From assembly GCA_963788655.1 (NCBI GenBank), contig CAWBHS010000078.1, forward strand, positions 1 through 64,000: a stretch of DNA of 64,000 bases. Direction: 5' to 3'. Shown here one piece after another: positions 52,583 to 64,000 of this stretch. This DNA comes from an uncultured Verrucomicrobiae bacterium. Lineage in GTDB: Bacteria > Verrucomicrobiota > Verrucomicrobiia > Limisphaerales > JAFGQR01. Both the position numbers and the translations under genes were made by a program. The notes under the pieces are model-generated. The model searched no databases. It had not been told where the DNA came from and saw nothing but the letters and a program-made list of their open reading frames with translations. Every line of letters begins with the position of its first letter. Within the stretch, counting starts at the first letter, position 1.

Positions 52583-53502
52583 CGCGCTCGCGCGGCAAGA
52601 TTCTGGTTATTCGCGGCGGGGCCATCGGCGATTTTATTCTGACAATTCCGGCCCTGGCGGCCCTGCGACAGCAGTTTCCTGAAACCCACCTCGAAGTCCT
52701 CGGTTACGCCCACATTGCCCAACTGGCGTTGGCGGGCGGGTTGGTGGACGCGGTCCGCTCCATCGATGCCCGGTCCCTGGCGGGTTTCTTCGCGCGCGAT
52801 GGTGTTCTGGCGGAGGAACTGCAGGAGTATTTTGCCAGCTTTGCGATCGTGGTTTCGTATTTGTACGACCCGGATGAAATCTTTCGCACGAACCTGGCTC
52901 GCTGCTCGAAAGCCCAATTCATTGCCGGCCCGCATCGTCCGGATGAAACCCTTGGCCTTCATGCCACCGAGACGTTTCTCAAACCGCTGGAGCGGGTGGC
53001 GGTGTTTGACGCCGATCCGGCGCCCCGGCTGACACTCCAATTTCCCCGCAGCCGTTCCGCGCAATTGGCCTTGCATCCGGGCAGTGGAAGTGAACGTAAG
53101 AATTGGCCCGAGCCGAAATGGGCCGAACTCATCGCCCAATTGGTGCAGACGACCGACTGGCAATTCCTCCTGGTCGGGGGCGAAGCCGAAGGCGACCGAC
53201 TGGATCGGCTGGCGGCGTTGATTCCACCAGACCGTTTACAGCTTGCCCGCAACCTTCCGCTGGTGAATCTGGCCGAGCGCCTCAGTCAATGCCCGCTGTT
53301 CATCGGCCACGACTCAGGCATTACGCATCTGGCCGCCGCTTTGAATGTGCCCGCGTGTGTGCTATGGAGCGAAACGCTCGAAGAGGTTTGGCAGCCTCGT
53401 GGTGAAAACGTGCGACTCTTGCGGCACCCGGACGGGTTGGCGGCGCTTCCCGTTCAAGAGGTCACCGCAATGGTAAAAGACTGGCGCTTGAAGCTGGTTT
53501 GA
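52579..53502 (+). CDS. Glycosyltransferase family 9 (heptosyltransferase-like)
   Basis: GAIGDFILT.P, HPGSGS..KNWP, GHDSGITHLAAA. Confidence 0.92.
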   Translation: MTRSRGKILVIRGGAIGDFILTIPALAALRQQFPETHLEVLGYAHIAQLALAGGLVDAVRSIDARSLAGFFARDGVLAEELQEYFASFAIVVSYLYDPDEIFRTNLARCSKAQFIAGPHRPDETLGLHATETFLKPLERVAVFDADPAPRLTLQFPRSRSAQLALHPGSGSERKNWPEPKWAELIAQLVQTTDWQFLLVGGEAEGDRLDRLAALIPPDRLQLARNLPLVNLAERLSQCPLFIGHDSGITHLAAALNVPACVLWSETLEEVWQPRGENVRLLRHPDGLAALPVQEVTAMVKDWRLKLV

Positions 53503-53536
53503 AACGGCGTTTTCGATTGAACGCAGTGCCAGAAAT

Positions 53537-53678
53537 CAATGACCAAGGCCCAATACCCAATGACCAGAGAATGCCCAACTGCCAAGTTCCAACGGGAGAA
53601 TGGATGGGGTTGGGTTGATTAACTGGTCATTGGGTATCGGTCGTTCTTTGGTGCTTGGTGCTTGGTTATTGGTCATTT
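53537..53678. repeat. Heptamer-unit inverted-repeat element
   Basis: CAATGACCAAGG..CCCAATGACCAGAGAATG arm; TTGGTGCTTGGTGCTTGGTTATTGGTCATT arm. Confidence 0.75.
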
Positions 53679-54358
53679 CTGGTCAGCGGCGTTAGCTGGA
53701 CCGCGCGAAACTGGATCTCTCCGCCTTCGGATTGAAGCCCAATCGGACCGGCGAGCACTTCGCAATCGGTCGCCTCGTTGACCAGTTTGCCATTCACCCA
53801 AACCTTGAGATTCGGACCGTTGAGCAGGATTTCATATTTGTTCCATTCCCCGGGCGGGTTCTCATTGCCGGAAATCTTCTGCACCCCGATGAAGTCTCCG
53901 AGCAACTCATGGCCTTTGGCTTCTTTGCGGCGAGCTGGGTCGCCATCGATCTTCATCCCGTGAAATCCATAGAGATCACCGGCACTGCCGCTCTTGAGTT
54001 GGGCCTCGATGCAGCGCGGCAATGCCTGTGGTTTGCCATTGATGCGCATCAGCACGCCGCTATTGCCGGGGTTCTTTCCGGGCGCCCAGCACCATTCCAC
54101 GACCAGGCGGAAGTTGGTGTAAGAGTCCTTGGTGCCCAGGTAACCCATGGGTTCGCCTTTGCAGTCCAAGAGGCCGTCTTGCACGCTCCAGACTTGGTCT
54201 TTGGTAACCTTCGGTTCGGCCAGGACCGCGGTCCAGTTGGTAAGATTCTGACCATTGAACAGGTCCACCGGGCGGATGGAAATCGGATCCTTCGTGGTGG
54301 AACAGGCCGTCAACCAGACACCGACTAATAGTGCGGAAAATAGATGGAGGTTTTTCAT
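53666..54358 (-). CDS. DUF1080 domain lipoprotein
   Basis: Lipobox LTAC; LFNG, GNSGV, EWN, GLQSEG. Confidence 0.85.
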   Translation of the reverse strand: MKNLHLFSALLVGVWLTACSTTKDPISIRPVDLFNGQNLTNWTAVLAEPKVTKDQVWSVQDGLLDCKGEPMGYLGTKDSYTNFRLVVEWCWAPGKNPGNSGVLMRINGKPQALPRCIEAQLKSGSAGDLYGFHGMKIDGDPARRKEAKGHELLGDFIGVQKISGNENPPGEWNKYEILLNGPNLKVWVNGKLVNEATDCEVLAGPIGLQSEGGEIQFRAVQLTPLTRNDQ

Positions 54359-54568
54359 GGATATCTTTTGTGCTTTCAGGTTTGCGCGAACTATTCAGAC
54401 ATGTTCGCCAAAAGGCTACTCCAAAATAAGGACATCTCCTCTGACTTTCCCGTTGACAGTCGCCAGCCGTAAAGGTCTTAATGCGCCCATTGCTGTACCC
54501 ACTTTTGCACACGGAAAGTGTTTGCGGGACCGAACATCGAACAGGACACCGAATATCATTGAAACACC

Positions 54569-55682
54569 ATGAGTGATCGCAAAGTCAATGTCGCCATCGT
54601 CGGATTGGGTTTTGGCGCGGAGTTCATTCCTCTTTTTCAGCGTCATCCCCACGCCAACCTGGTTGCCATCTGCCAGCGGACCAAGGAAAAGTTGGACGCG
54701 GTCGGCGATGCGTTCGGGGTGGAAAAACGGTACACCCGTTTCGAGGATCTGATCAAAGATCCGGAGGTGGACGCCGTCCACATCAATTCACCCATCCATT
54801 TGCACGCCCCGCAGAGCATTGCGGCGCTGAAAGCCGGCAAACACGTGGCCAGCACGGTGCCGGCCGCCACCACGGTCGAGGAGTGCAAACAAATCGTCAA
54901 AGCCGCCGAACGCGCCAAAAAGAATTACATGATGATGGAGACGGTGATCTATTCGCGCGAGTTCCTGTACGTGCGCGAATTGCGCGACACCGGCAAATTG
55001 GGCCGCATCCAATTCATGCGCGGTTCCCATCTGCAAAACATGTACGGCTGGCCGGGGTATTGGGAAGGCTTGCCGCCGATGCATTATGCGACGCACTGTG
55101 TCAGCCCGTGCCTGGCCATTGTCAAAGGAGAGGCCGACTATGTCTCCTGCCTGGGCTCCGGCCGCATTGCGGAGAACTTGATTGGCAAGTACGGCTCACC
55201 TTTTTCCTTCGAAACCGCGCATTGCAAGGTGCGCAACCAGGACGTGGCCCTCGAAGTGACGCGCTATTTGTTCGACGCCGCCCGGCAATACATTGAAAGC
55301 TTCGATGTGTACGGCTCGCAGAACGTCCTTCGAATGGCAGTTGGTCGAGGGCGACGATCCGGTCTTGCACTTGGGCGGCGAGAAAGTCGAAAAGGTGAAG
55401 GTGCCGGATTATGCCCACTTGCTGCCCGAGCCTCTCCAGCCGTTTACGACCAAGGGTGTCTATGACGCCGAACAACACGCGCATCTTTCCTTCATCCAAG
55501 GCAGCGGGCATGGCGGTTCGCATCCGCACCTGGCGCACGAGTTCATCATGAGCATCGTCGATGGCCGGCCCTCATTCCCGGACGTGTATCAATCCGTCAA
55601 CTGGACCATGGTGGGCATTTGCGCCCATGAATCCGCCACGCGCGGCGGGGCCATCATCAAGATCCCTGATTTTCGAAAATAA
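54569..55682 (+). CDS. Gfo/Idh/MocA oxidoreductase; frameshift near 55320
   Basis: AIVGLGFG, GKHV, PPMHYATH, GHGGSHPHL. Confidence 0.88.
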
Positions 55683-55768
55683 TTTGAATCCGTCTTTCAG
55701 TTACTGAGTCATTGGAAAGCAAATTTTTGGCTTGCGGTCCTACATAAGAAAAAGCGACAAAACCCTCT

Positions 55769-57298
55769 ATGAACAATCAATCGACCCAACCGGGCGCCCA
55801 ACTGCCCGATTATATCACGAGTGCGAAACCGAATCCCGCGACGAACCGCGCCGCCTGGTACAAGGGAACTGCTCCGACGTATGCGGGTATTTTCCTCTGG
55901 TTCGTCTTTTGGCAAGACGCGGTGAACGCATCCTCCGTTGGCGGGGCGCTGGCGCACGGCCTGGGAATTGCCTTGCTTGGCATTGTGCTCGCGGCGCTAA
56001 TCTGCCACTTCCTATTCTATCTCGTGCCGGGCTTGCTAGGGCAACGGACGGGGCTGCCGCTTTACATCGTAGGCACCTCGACCTTTGGGGCGACGGGTGG
56101 TTTCCTTATGCCCGGATTCCTGATGGGCGTCCTGCAGTTCGGCTGGTTGGGCGTCAACATCTATTTCTCTTCCCTGGCGTTGAGTGCGATGATTCCCATT
56201 CCCGCCAAGATCATCATGGTGATTTGGGGATTACTGGCGGCCTTTGTGGGATTAAAGGGCATTCAATACGTCGCCAAGGTGGCCACTTATTTGCCACTGA
56301 TCCCGCTGGGTGTGCTCTTGCTCCTGTTCTTCATGACCGTTGGTGGGATTGGTAAATTTGATCCCCAGACCATGGAGAACATTCACATGGAAGTGGCAGC
56401 GGGTCCGACCATGATGGGTTCGGCCGCCCCGGCCATGAGCACTTTTCAAGTGCTGGCCTTCATCTTGACGGTGATCGTTGGATTTTTTGCTACCGCTGGC
56501 GCCGCCGGTGTCGATTTCGGCATGGGCAACCGCGACAGCAAGGATGTAAAGATGGGCGGTCTAATTGGCATCGCCCTTGCCACGGTGGTCACCGCGGGTT
56601 TGTCCGCGATGATTATTGCCGGCATCTATGGCAATCCTGAATTGAGTGAGAAAGCGAAAAACGCGGCCACCGCAGCGGTAACCCAGGCCGTTGACAATCA
56701 GGCAAAAGCGGCAGGAACGACTTTGACGGAGGTGCAGCAGGAAGCGATTTCCGTGCGGGAAGCCCCTAACGCTTTATATCGTCCTACCAGTTTGATTAAA
56801 GTTGTCTTAGGCGAAACAGCTTCCGGCTGGTTGTTGTTCCTTTTGGCACTGGCAGCTTTCCCGCCGGCGTGTTTCTCTTCATTTATTGCGGCCAACAGCT
56901 TCAAAACCACCTTGCCCAAAGTGAATCCATTTATCTCGGTAGGCATTGGCGCGGCCGTCAGTATCATTTTGGCCATCTCAGGATGGGCTGGTGATGCCGT
57001 CAGGGTTTTCCAAATCATTGGCGCTTCCTTTGGTCCAATCTGCGGCGCCATGATGGTTGATTTCCTGCTGAACGGCAAAAAATGGTCTGGCCCCCGTAAT
57101 GGTTTCAACCCTGCCGGCTGGATCGCGTGGTTGCTGGGTTTTGGCGTGGGCATTGCCCCGAAGTTTGGCTTGCCAATTCCCGCGGCACCGGTTGCGGCGT
57201 TTGTCGTAGGAGCGGTCGTCTTCCTGATTTGTTCCAAGATTGGCTTGCAATCGAAGGTCGTTCCGCTGCCGGCGTCGCTGGCTGATGCAGCAAAATAG
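55769..57298 (+). CDS. NCS1/cytosine-permease-like transporter
   Basis: G..TGLP.......FG..G, QFGW.GV, GFNPAG; many TM segments. Confidence 0.8.
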   Translation: MNNQSTQPGAQLPDYITSAKPNPATNRAAWYKGTAPTYAGIFLWFVFWQDAVNASSVGGALAHGLGIALLGIVLAALICHFLFYLVPGLLGQRTGLPLYIVGTSTFGATGGFLMPGFLMGVLQFGWLGVNIYFSSLALSAMIPIPAKIIMVIWGLLAAFVGLKGIQYVAKVATYLPLIPLGVLLLLFFMTVGGIGKFDPQTMENIHMEVAAGPTMMGSAAPAMSTFQVLAFILTVIVGFFATAGAAGVDFGMGNRDSKDVKMGGLIGIALATVVTAGLSAMIIAGIYGNPELSEKAKNAATAAVTQAVDNQAKAAGTTLTEVQQEAISVREAPNALYRPTSLIKVVLGETASGWLLFLLALAAFPPACFSSFIAANSFKTTLPKVNPFISVGIGAAVSIILAISGWAGDAVRVFQIIGASFGPICGAMMVDFLLNGKKWSGPRNGFNPAGWIAWLLGFGVGIAPKFGLPIPAAPVAAFVVGAVVFLICSKIGLQSKVVPLPASLADAAK

Positions 57299-57529
57299 GC
57301 GACGGATCAGCTTTGCTCGAACTGTTCTGTTCTCAACGTCCGCCCGCGTGGAGTAATTCCCGCGGGCGGATTTGTCTTCTGGCCCGGGAGTTGTCTTTGG
57401 AGCGGCCGACGCGACGCGGCCCAAATTGCAGATTCCCCGATCAAGACGCTTCTTTTTCGGCAGGGACAGTGCGCAAACCCACGTCGTCCTTTCTGCTCTT
57501 GCGCCGGTCTGTTTCGTCGTGGAGGCGGG

Positions 57530-58550
57530 TCAAAGCAATGCGCCCTGATTACTGCTGCCCGGTTTGAGCCCGAGTTTTTGATAGCTCAATTCGGTCGCTA
57601 CCCGGCCTTGCGGGGTGCGCTTGAGGTAGCCCTCCATGATCAGATACGGCTCATACACTTCCTCGATCGTGTCGGGTTCCTCGCCCACGGCCACCGCCAG
57701 CGAATTCACGCCGACCGGGCCGCCGCCGAATTTCACGATCACCGCCTCCAAGAATGCGCTTGTCCATTTCGTCCAGGCCGTTCTCGTCGATCTCCAGCAT
57801 GGCCAGCGCCTGGTCGGCCATCTCCGCGGTGATGCGGCCGTCGCCGCGCACCTGGGCGTAATCGCGGACGCGGCGCAGCAGGTTGTTCGCAATGCGCGGC
57901 GTGCCCCGGCTGCGGCGGGCGATTTCGTGCGCGCCATGTTCCTCGATTTCAATGTTCAGCAGCCGCGAGGAGCGGACGACGATTTTTTGGAGGTCGTCGG
58001 CATGGTAATAATCCAGCCGTTCGCGGATGGGAAAGCGCGTCAGCAGCGGCGCCGTCAGCAGGCCGCTACGGGTCGTGGCGCCGATCAACGTAAAGCGCGG
58101 CAGGTTCAAGCGGACGCTGCGGGCATTCGGCCCCTGGTCGATGATGATGTCCAGTTTGAAATCCTCCATGGCCGGGTAGAGGTATTCCTCGATGGTCTTT
58201 TGCAGGCGATGGATTTCGTCCACGAACAGCACGTCGCCTTCGTCCAGATTGGTCAGCAAGCCGGCCAGGTCACTGGCCTTTTCGATGGTCGGTCCGCTGG
58301 TACACTTGATGGTGGCGCCCATGGCCTTGGCCAGGATATGGGCGAGAGTGGTTTTGCCCAGGCCGGGCGGGCCGTTGAGCAAAATATGATCCAGGGGTTC
58401 GCCGCGCTGCCGGGCGGCCTGCACGGTGATTTCAAGGCGTTCCTTGACCTTCGGCTGGCCGGTGAAATCCGCAAAGATCGATGGCCGCAGCGTCATTTCC
58501 AACGCTGCGTCCGGCTTCGTCAAAACATCTGAAACCATGCGTTCAGCCAT
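57530..58550 (-). CDS. ruvB: Holliday junction helicase RuvB; frameshift near 57755
   Basis: [41 protein letters not shown]. Confidence 0.95.
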
Positions 58551-58703
58551 CGCCAGCCAAGCATGAGCAATGGCGCGCGTGGCGACAAGGGCAAAAGGCG
58601 GTGCGCGGGAACGAGTTCGAGTCGTCGGAGCAAAAAAAGGGGAATAGTTGGCAAAAATTTGCTTGGCACGCCTGCCGTTCCTCCGAAACACTCCGCGGCA
58701 TTT

Positions 58704-61157
<2,454 letters not shown>

Positions 61158-61183
61158 AACCGGTAGTGTCTCCTGTTTCATCG

Positions 61184-61215
61184 AAGAGCCGCCCGCGTGG
61201 GTGGCTCTTTATTTG
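61184..61215 (+). terminator. Rho-independent terminator after hppA
   Basis: AAGAGCCGCCC-GCGT-GGGTGGCTCTT followed by TATTT. Confidence 0.65.
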
Positions 61216-61243
61216 GCCGTGACCTTCAGTTTGAAGCATCTTA

Positions 61244-61436
61244 TTCGTGACTATTCAGTAGGACAGGCGTCCCGCCTGTCTCGAACGACTGCAAACCATC
61301 GATTTGCACGCGGCGTAGGAAGTCTCTCCAGGTCATCAAAAGGTGAAAATGTTCTTGGCTATTCGAGACAGGCGAGACGCCTGTCCTACGCCGCCGAATC
61401 GCGTCATCGCTGCTCCAGTTGCTGAATGGATACGGC
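61244..61436. mobile_element. MITE B, second copy (193 bp)
   Basis: CGTGACTATTCAGTAGGACAGGCGTCCCGCCTG...GACAGGCGAGACGCCTGTCCTAC...CTGAATGGATACGGC; TTA flanks. Confidence 0.8.
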
Positions 61437-61505
61437 TTATTCGCAGCGGCACTTTGCTTCAGTTTCAGTTTGCCTCGCGCCGCCGCGCGGCCTAAAGAGT
61501 AAGAC

Positions 61506-64000
61506 ATGCAACGCACATTTCCCTGGCTTTATGCTGCCTCATTAGCCCTGGGTCTGAGTCTGCTTCCGGCGGCTCGCGCGGTGGACCTGCACGTCGCGCC
61601 GGACGGCAACGATACTTGGTCCGGCACACTTGCGCGTCCAAACGCGGCTCGCACTGACGGCCCGCTGGCCACCTTGACCGGTGCGCGCGACATTCTGCGG
61701 CGTCTGCGCGCGCAAGGACATCTGAACGAGCCGGTTCACGTCCGGATCGCCTCGGGCGAGTACCCGCTGACAAAACCGTTCGTGTTGGAGCCCGAAGACA
61801 GCGGCACGGCGCAAGCCCCGGTCTTCTATGAGGCGGTTGCAAAGGCGAAGCCGGTTTTTTCCGGAGGACGGGAAATCCATGGTTTCAAGGTGGGTCCCAA
61901 TGGCATGTGGCAGGCGCACGTTCCGGAGGTCGCCAACGGCACGTGGTATTTCGAACAACTCTGGGTCAATGGCCGCCGGGCGACGCGCGCACGCTCACCC
62001 AACAAATTCTATTACTACATGCTCGAAGTGCGCGAGGAACCGTTGACCGGAGGCGGTTCGCGCCGTGCCCGAACGGCCCGCCAAACGATCCGGGTCAATC
62101 CCGCCGTGCTCGAGCCGTTGGCCCGGTTGACGCCGCAGGAATTCAAGGATGTCAATCTGGTGGCCTATCACAAGTGGGACAATACCCGGCGGTTCCTCGA
62201 CAAAATCGCTACCGATGACAGCGCGTTGGTTACCACCGGTGCCGGCATGAAGTCCTGGAACCCGATGACCAAAAACACGCGTTTCATTCTCGAAAACTTC
62301 CGGCTTGCGCTCGACGCACCGGGCGAATGGTTTCTGGCACGCGACGGCACCTTGTCTTACCTCCCACTTCCCGGCGAGGACATGACGCAGGCGCAGGTGA
62401 TCGCGCCAGTGACGGAAAAGTTTGTGCTCATCCAAGGTGATCCAACCAAAGGGAAGTTCGTGGAGCACGTAACGATCAGAGGTTTGACCTTCCGTCACGG
62501 CCAATGGCTGACCCCGCCCGAGGGCTTCGAGCCGGCCCAAGCTGCTTCGCCCATTGATGCCGTTATCCTGGCGGACGGCGCTCGCCACGTGACGCTTGAC
62601 GATTGTGAGGTCGGCCACATTGGTCTCTACGGCGTCTGGTTCCGTCAAGGCTGCACCGATTGCGCGGTGCGCCATTGTTTCGTACACGACCTCGGCGCTG
62701 GCGGCGTGCGCATTGGGGAAACGAGCATCGCCCGGAACGAAACTGAACGCACCAGCCGCATCACGGTCGATAACAACATCATCCGGCACGGCGGACGTAT
62801 TTTTCCCTGCGCGGTTGGCGTGTGGATTGGTCACAGTGCGGAAAATCGGGTGACGCATAATGAAATCGCCGATCTCTATTACACCGGGATCAGCGTGGGC
62901 TGGCGCTGGGGTTACGGCGAGAGCCTGGCCAAACGAAACACAATTGCCTTCAATCATGTTCACCACATTGGCTGGGGCGTGCTGAGCGACATGGGGGGCA
63001 TTTACACGCTTGGACCGTCGCAAGGCACCGTCGTAACCAACAACGTATTCCACGACGTGTATTCCTATTCTTACGGCGGCTGGGGACTCTATACGGATGA
63101 AGGTAGCACCGGCATCTTGTTTGAAAACAACCTCGTCTATAACGTCAAGAACGGTGGGTTCCATCAGCACTACGGTCGGGAAAACATTCTGCGCAACAAT
63201 ATCCTGGCATTCAGCAAACTCTACCAATTGCAGGCGACTCGCGTGGAAGATCACCTCTCGTTCACGTTTGAAAACAACCTGGTGTATTACGATTCCGGCG
63301 TATTGCTGCAGGGGCCGTGGGACAAGGTTCAGCACGTGATGCGCAGCAATTGCTATTGGAATGCCAGCGGTGGCCCGGTGGAATTTCTCGGCAAATCGCT
63401 GAAGCAATGGCAGGCGTTGGGGAATGATGCGGGCTCGATCATTGCCGATCCCCGGTTTGAGGACGCACCGCATCGCGATTTCCGGCTACGCACGGTTCGC
63501 CGGCGAGCAAGATCGGATTCAAACCGTTTGATCCTTCGCCAGCCGGAGTCTATGGCGACGCGGGCTGGAAGGCACAAGCCACGTCCGCAAGCTTTCCGCC
63601 ATTGGAGATCGCTCCCGAGCCGCCGCCGGTGCCTATTCGGGCCACGTTCGAGCGCGACCCGGTCGGCAAACGTCCGTCGGAAGGGGACGTTCACCTGGAG
63701 AACAAAGGCGACGCCATCGTGGTGACCGATGAAACGGCCGCCACCGGGAAGCGCAGCGTGAAGATCGTCGATGCGCCGGGGCTGCAGTTCACGTATAACC
63801 CGCACTACACCTACGGCGTGAACTACCCCGAGGGCCGGCTTCGCAATGGTTTCAGTCTGCGGATCGAACAGAATTCGGAGATCAGCTTCGAATGGCGCGA
63901 TTGGAGTGAAGGGCCGTACCAGACCGGTCCGAATTTTTCGATTTCTAACGGCGAACTGAGAGTCGGTAACTCTGCTCCAGTGAAGCTGCCGCTTGATCAA
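61506..64000 (+). CDS. Secreted right-handed beta-helix protein (runs off the window; frameshift near 63490)
   Basis: [45 protein letters not shown]. Confidence 0.85.

Overview
GC-rich bacterial chromosomal window. Gene content and repeat style suggest Verrucomicrobiota (Pedosphaera/Limisphaera-like); this is inference. Many single-base frameshifts suggest an imperfectly polished long-read assembly. 1-16.3 kb is a decaying accessory zone: a complete IS66 cutting a probable ISAs1-type remnant, two 1252-bp IS3 copies, an end-less internal IS3 fragment inside a secreted beta-helix/FGE-domain gene, a GxxExxY gene flanked by 9-mer-periodic palindromes, a truncated SEL1 gene, a phage-type double-HTH replication initiator with iteron-like repeats, and toxin-antitoxin debris. 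16.4-40 kb and 45.5-64 kb are mostly housekeeping and transport genes (MFS, NhaC-like, giant M36 peptidase, glycerate kinase, tyrA-aroA-cmk-plsC, Nif3, queG, halogenase-like, purE, GT9, ruvB, hppA). Their intergenic spaces hold several families of nested palindromic and MITE-like elements. The main highlight is 40.3-45.3 kb: a minus-strand integron-type array of about 8 cassettes with about 7 attC-like sites, a TA cassette and an attI-like site with 30-bp-phased repeats, but no integrase gene in the window. No rRNA, tRNA or CRISPR array was recognised.
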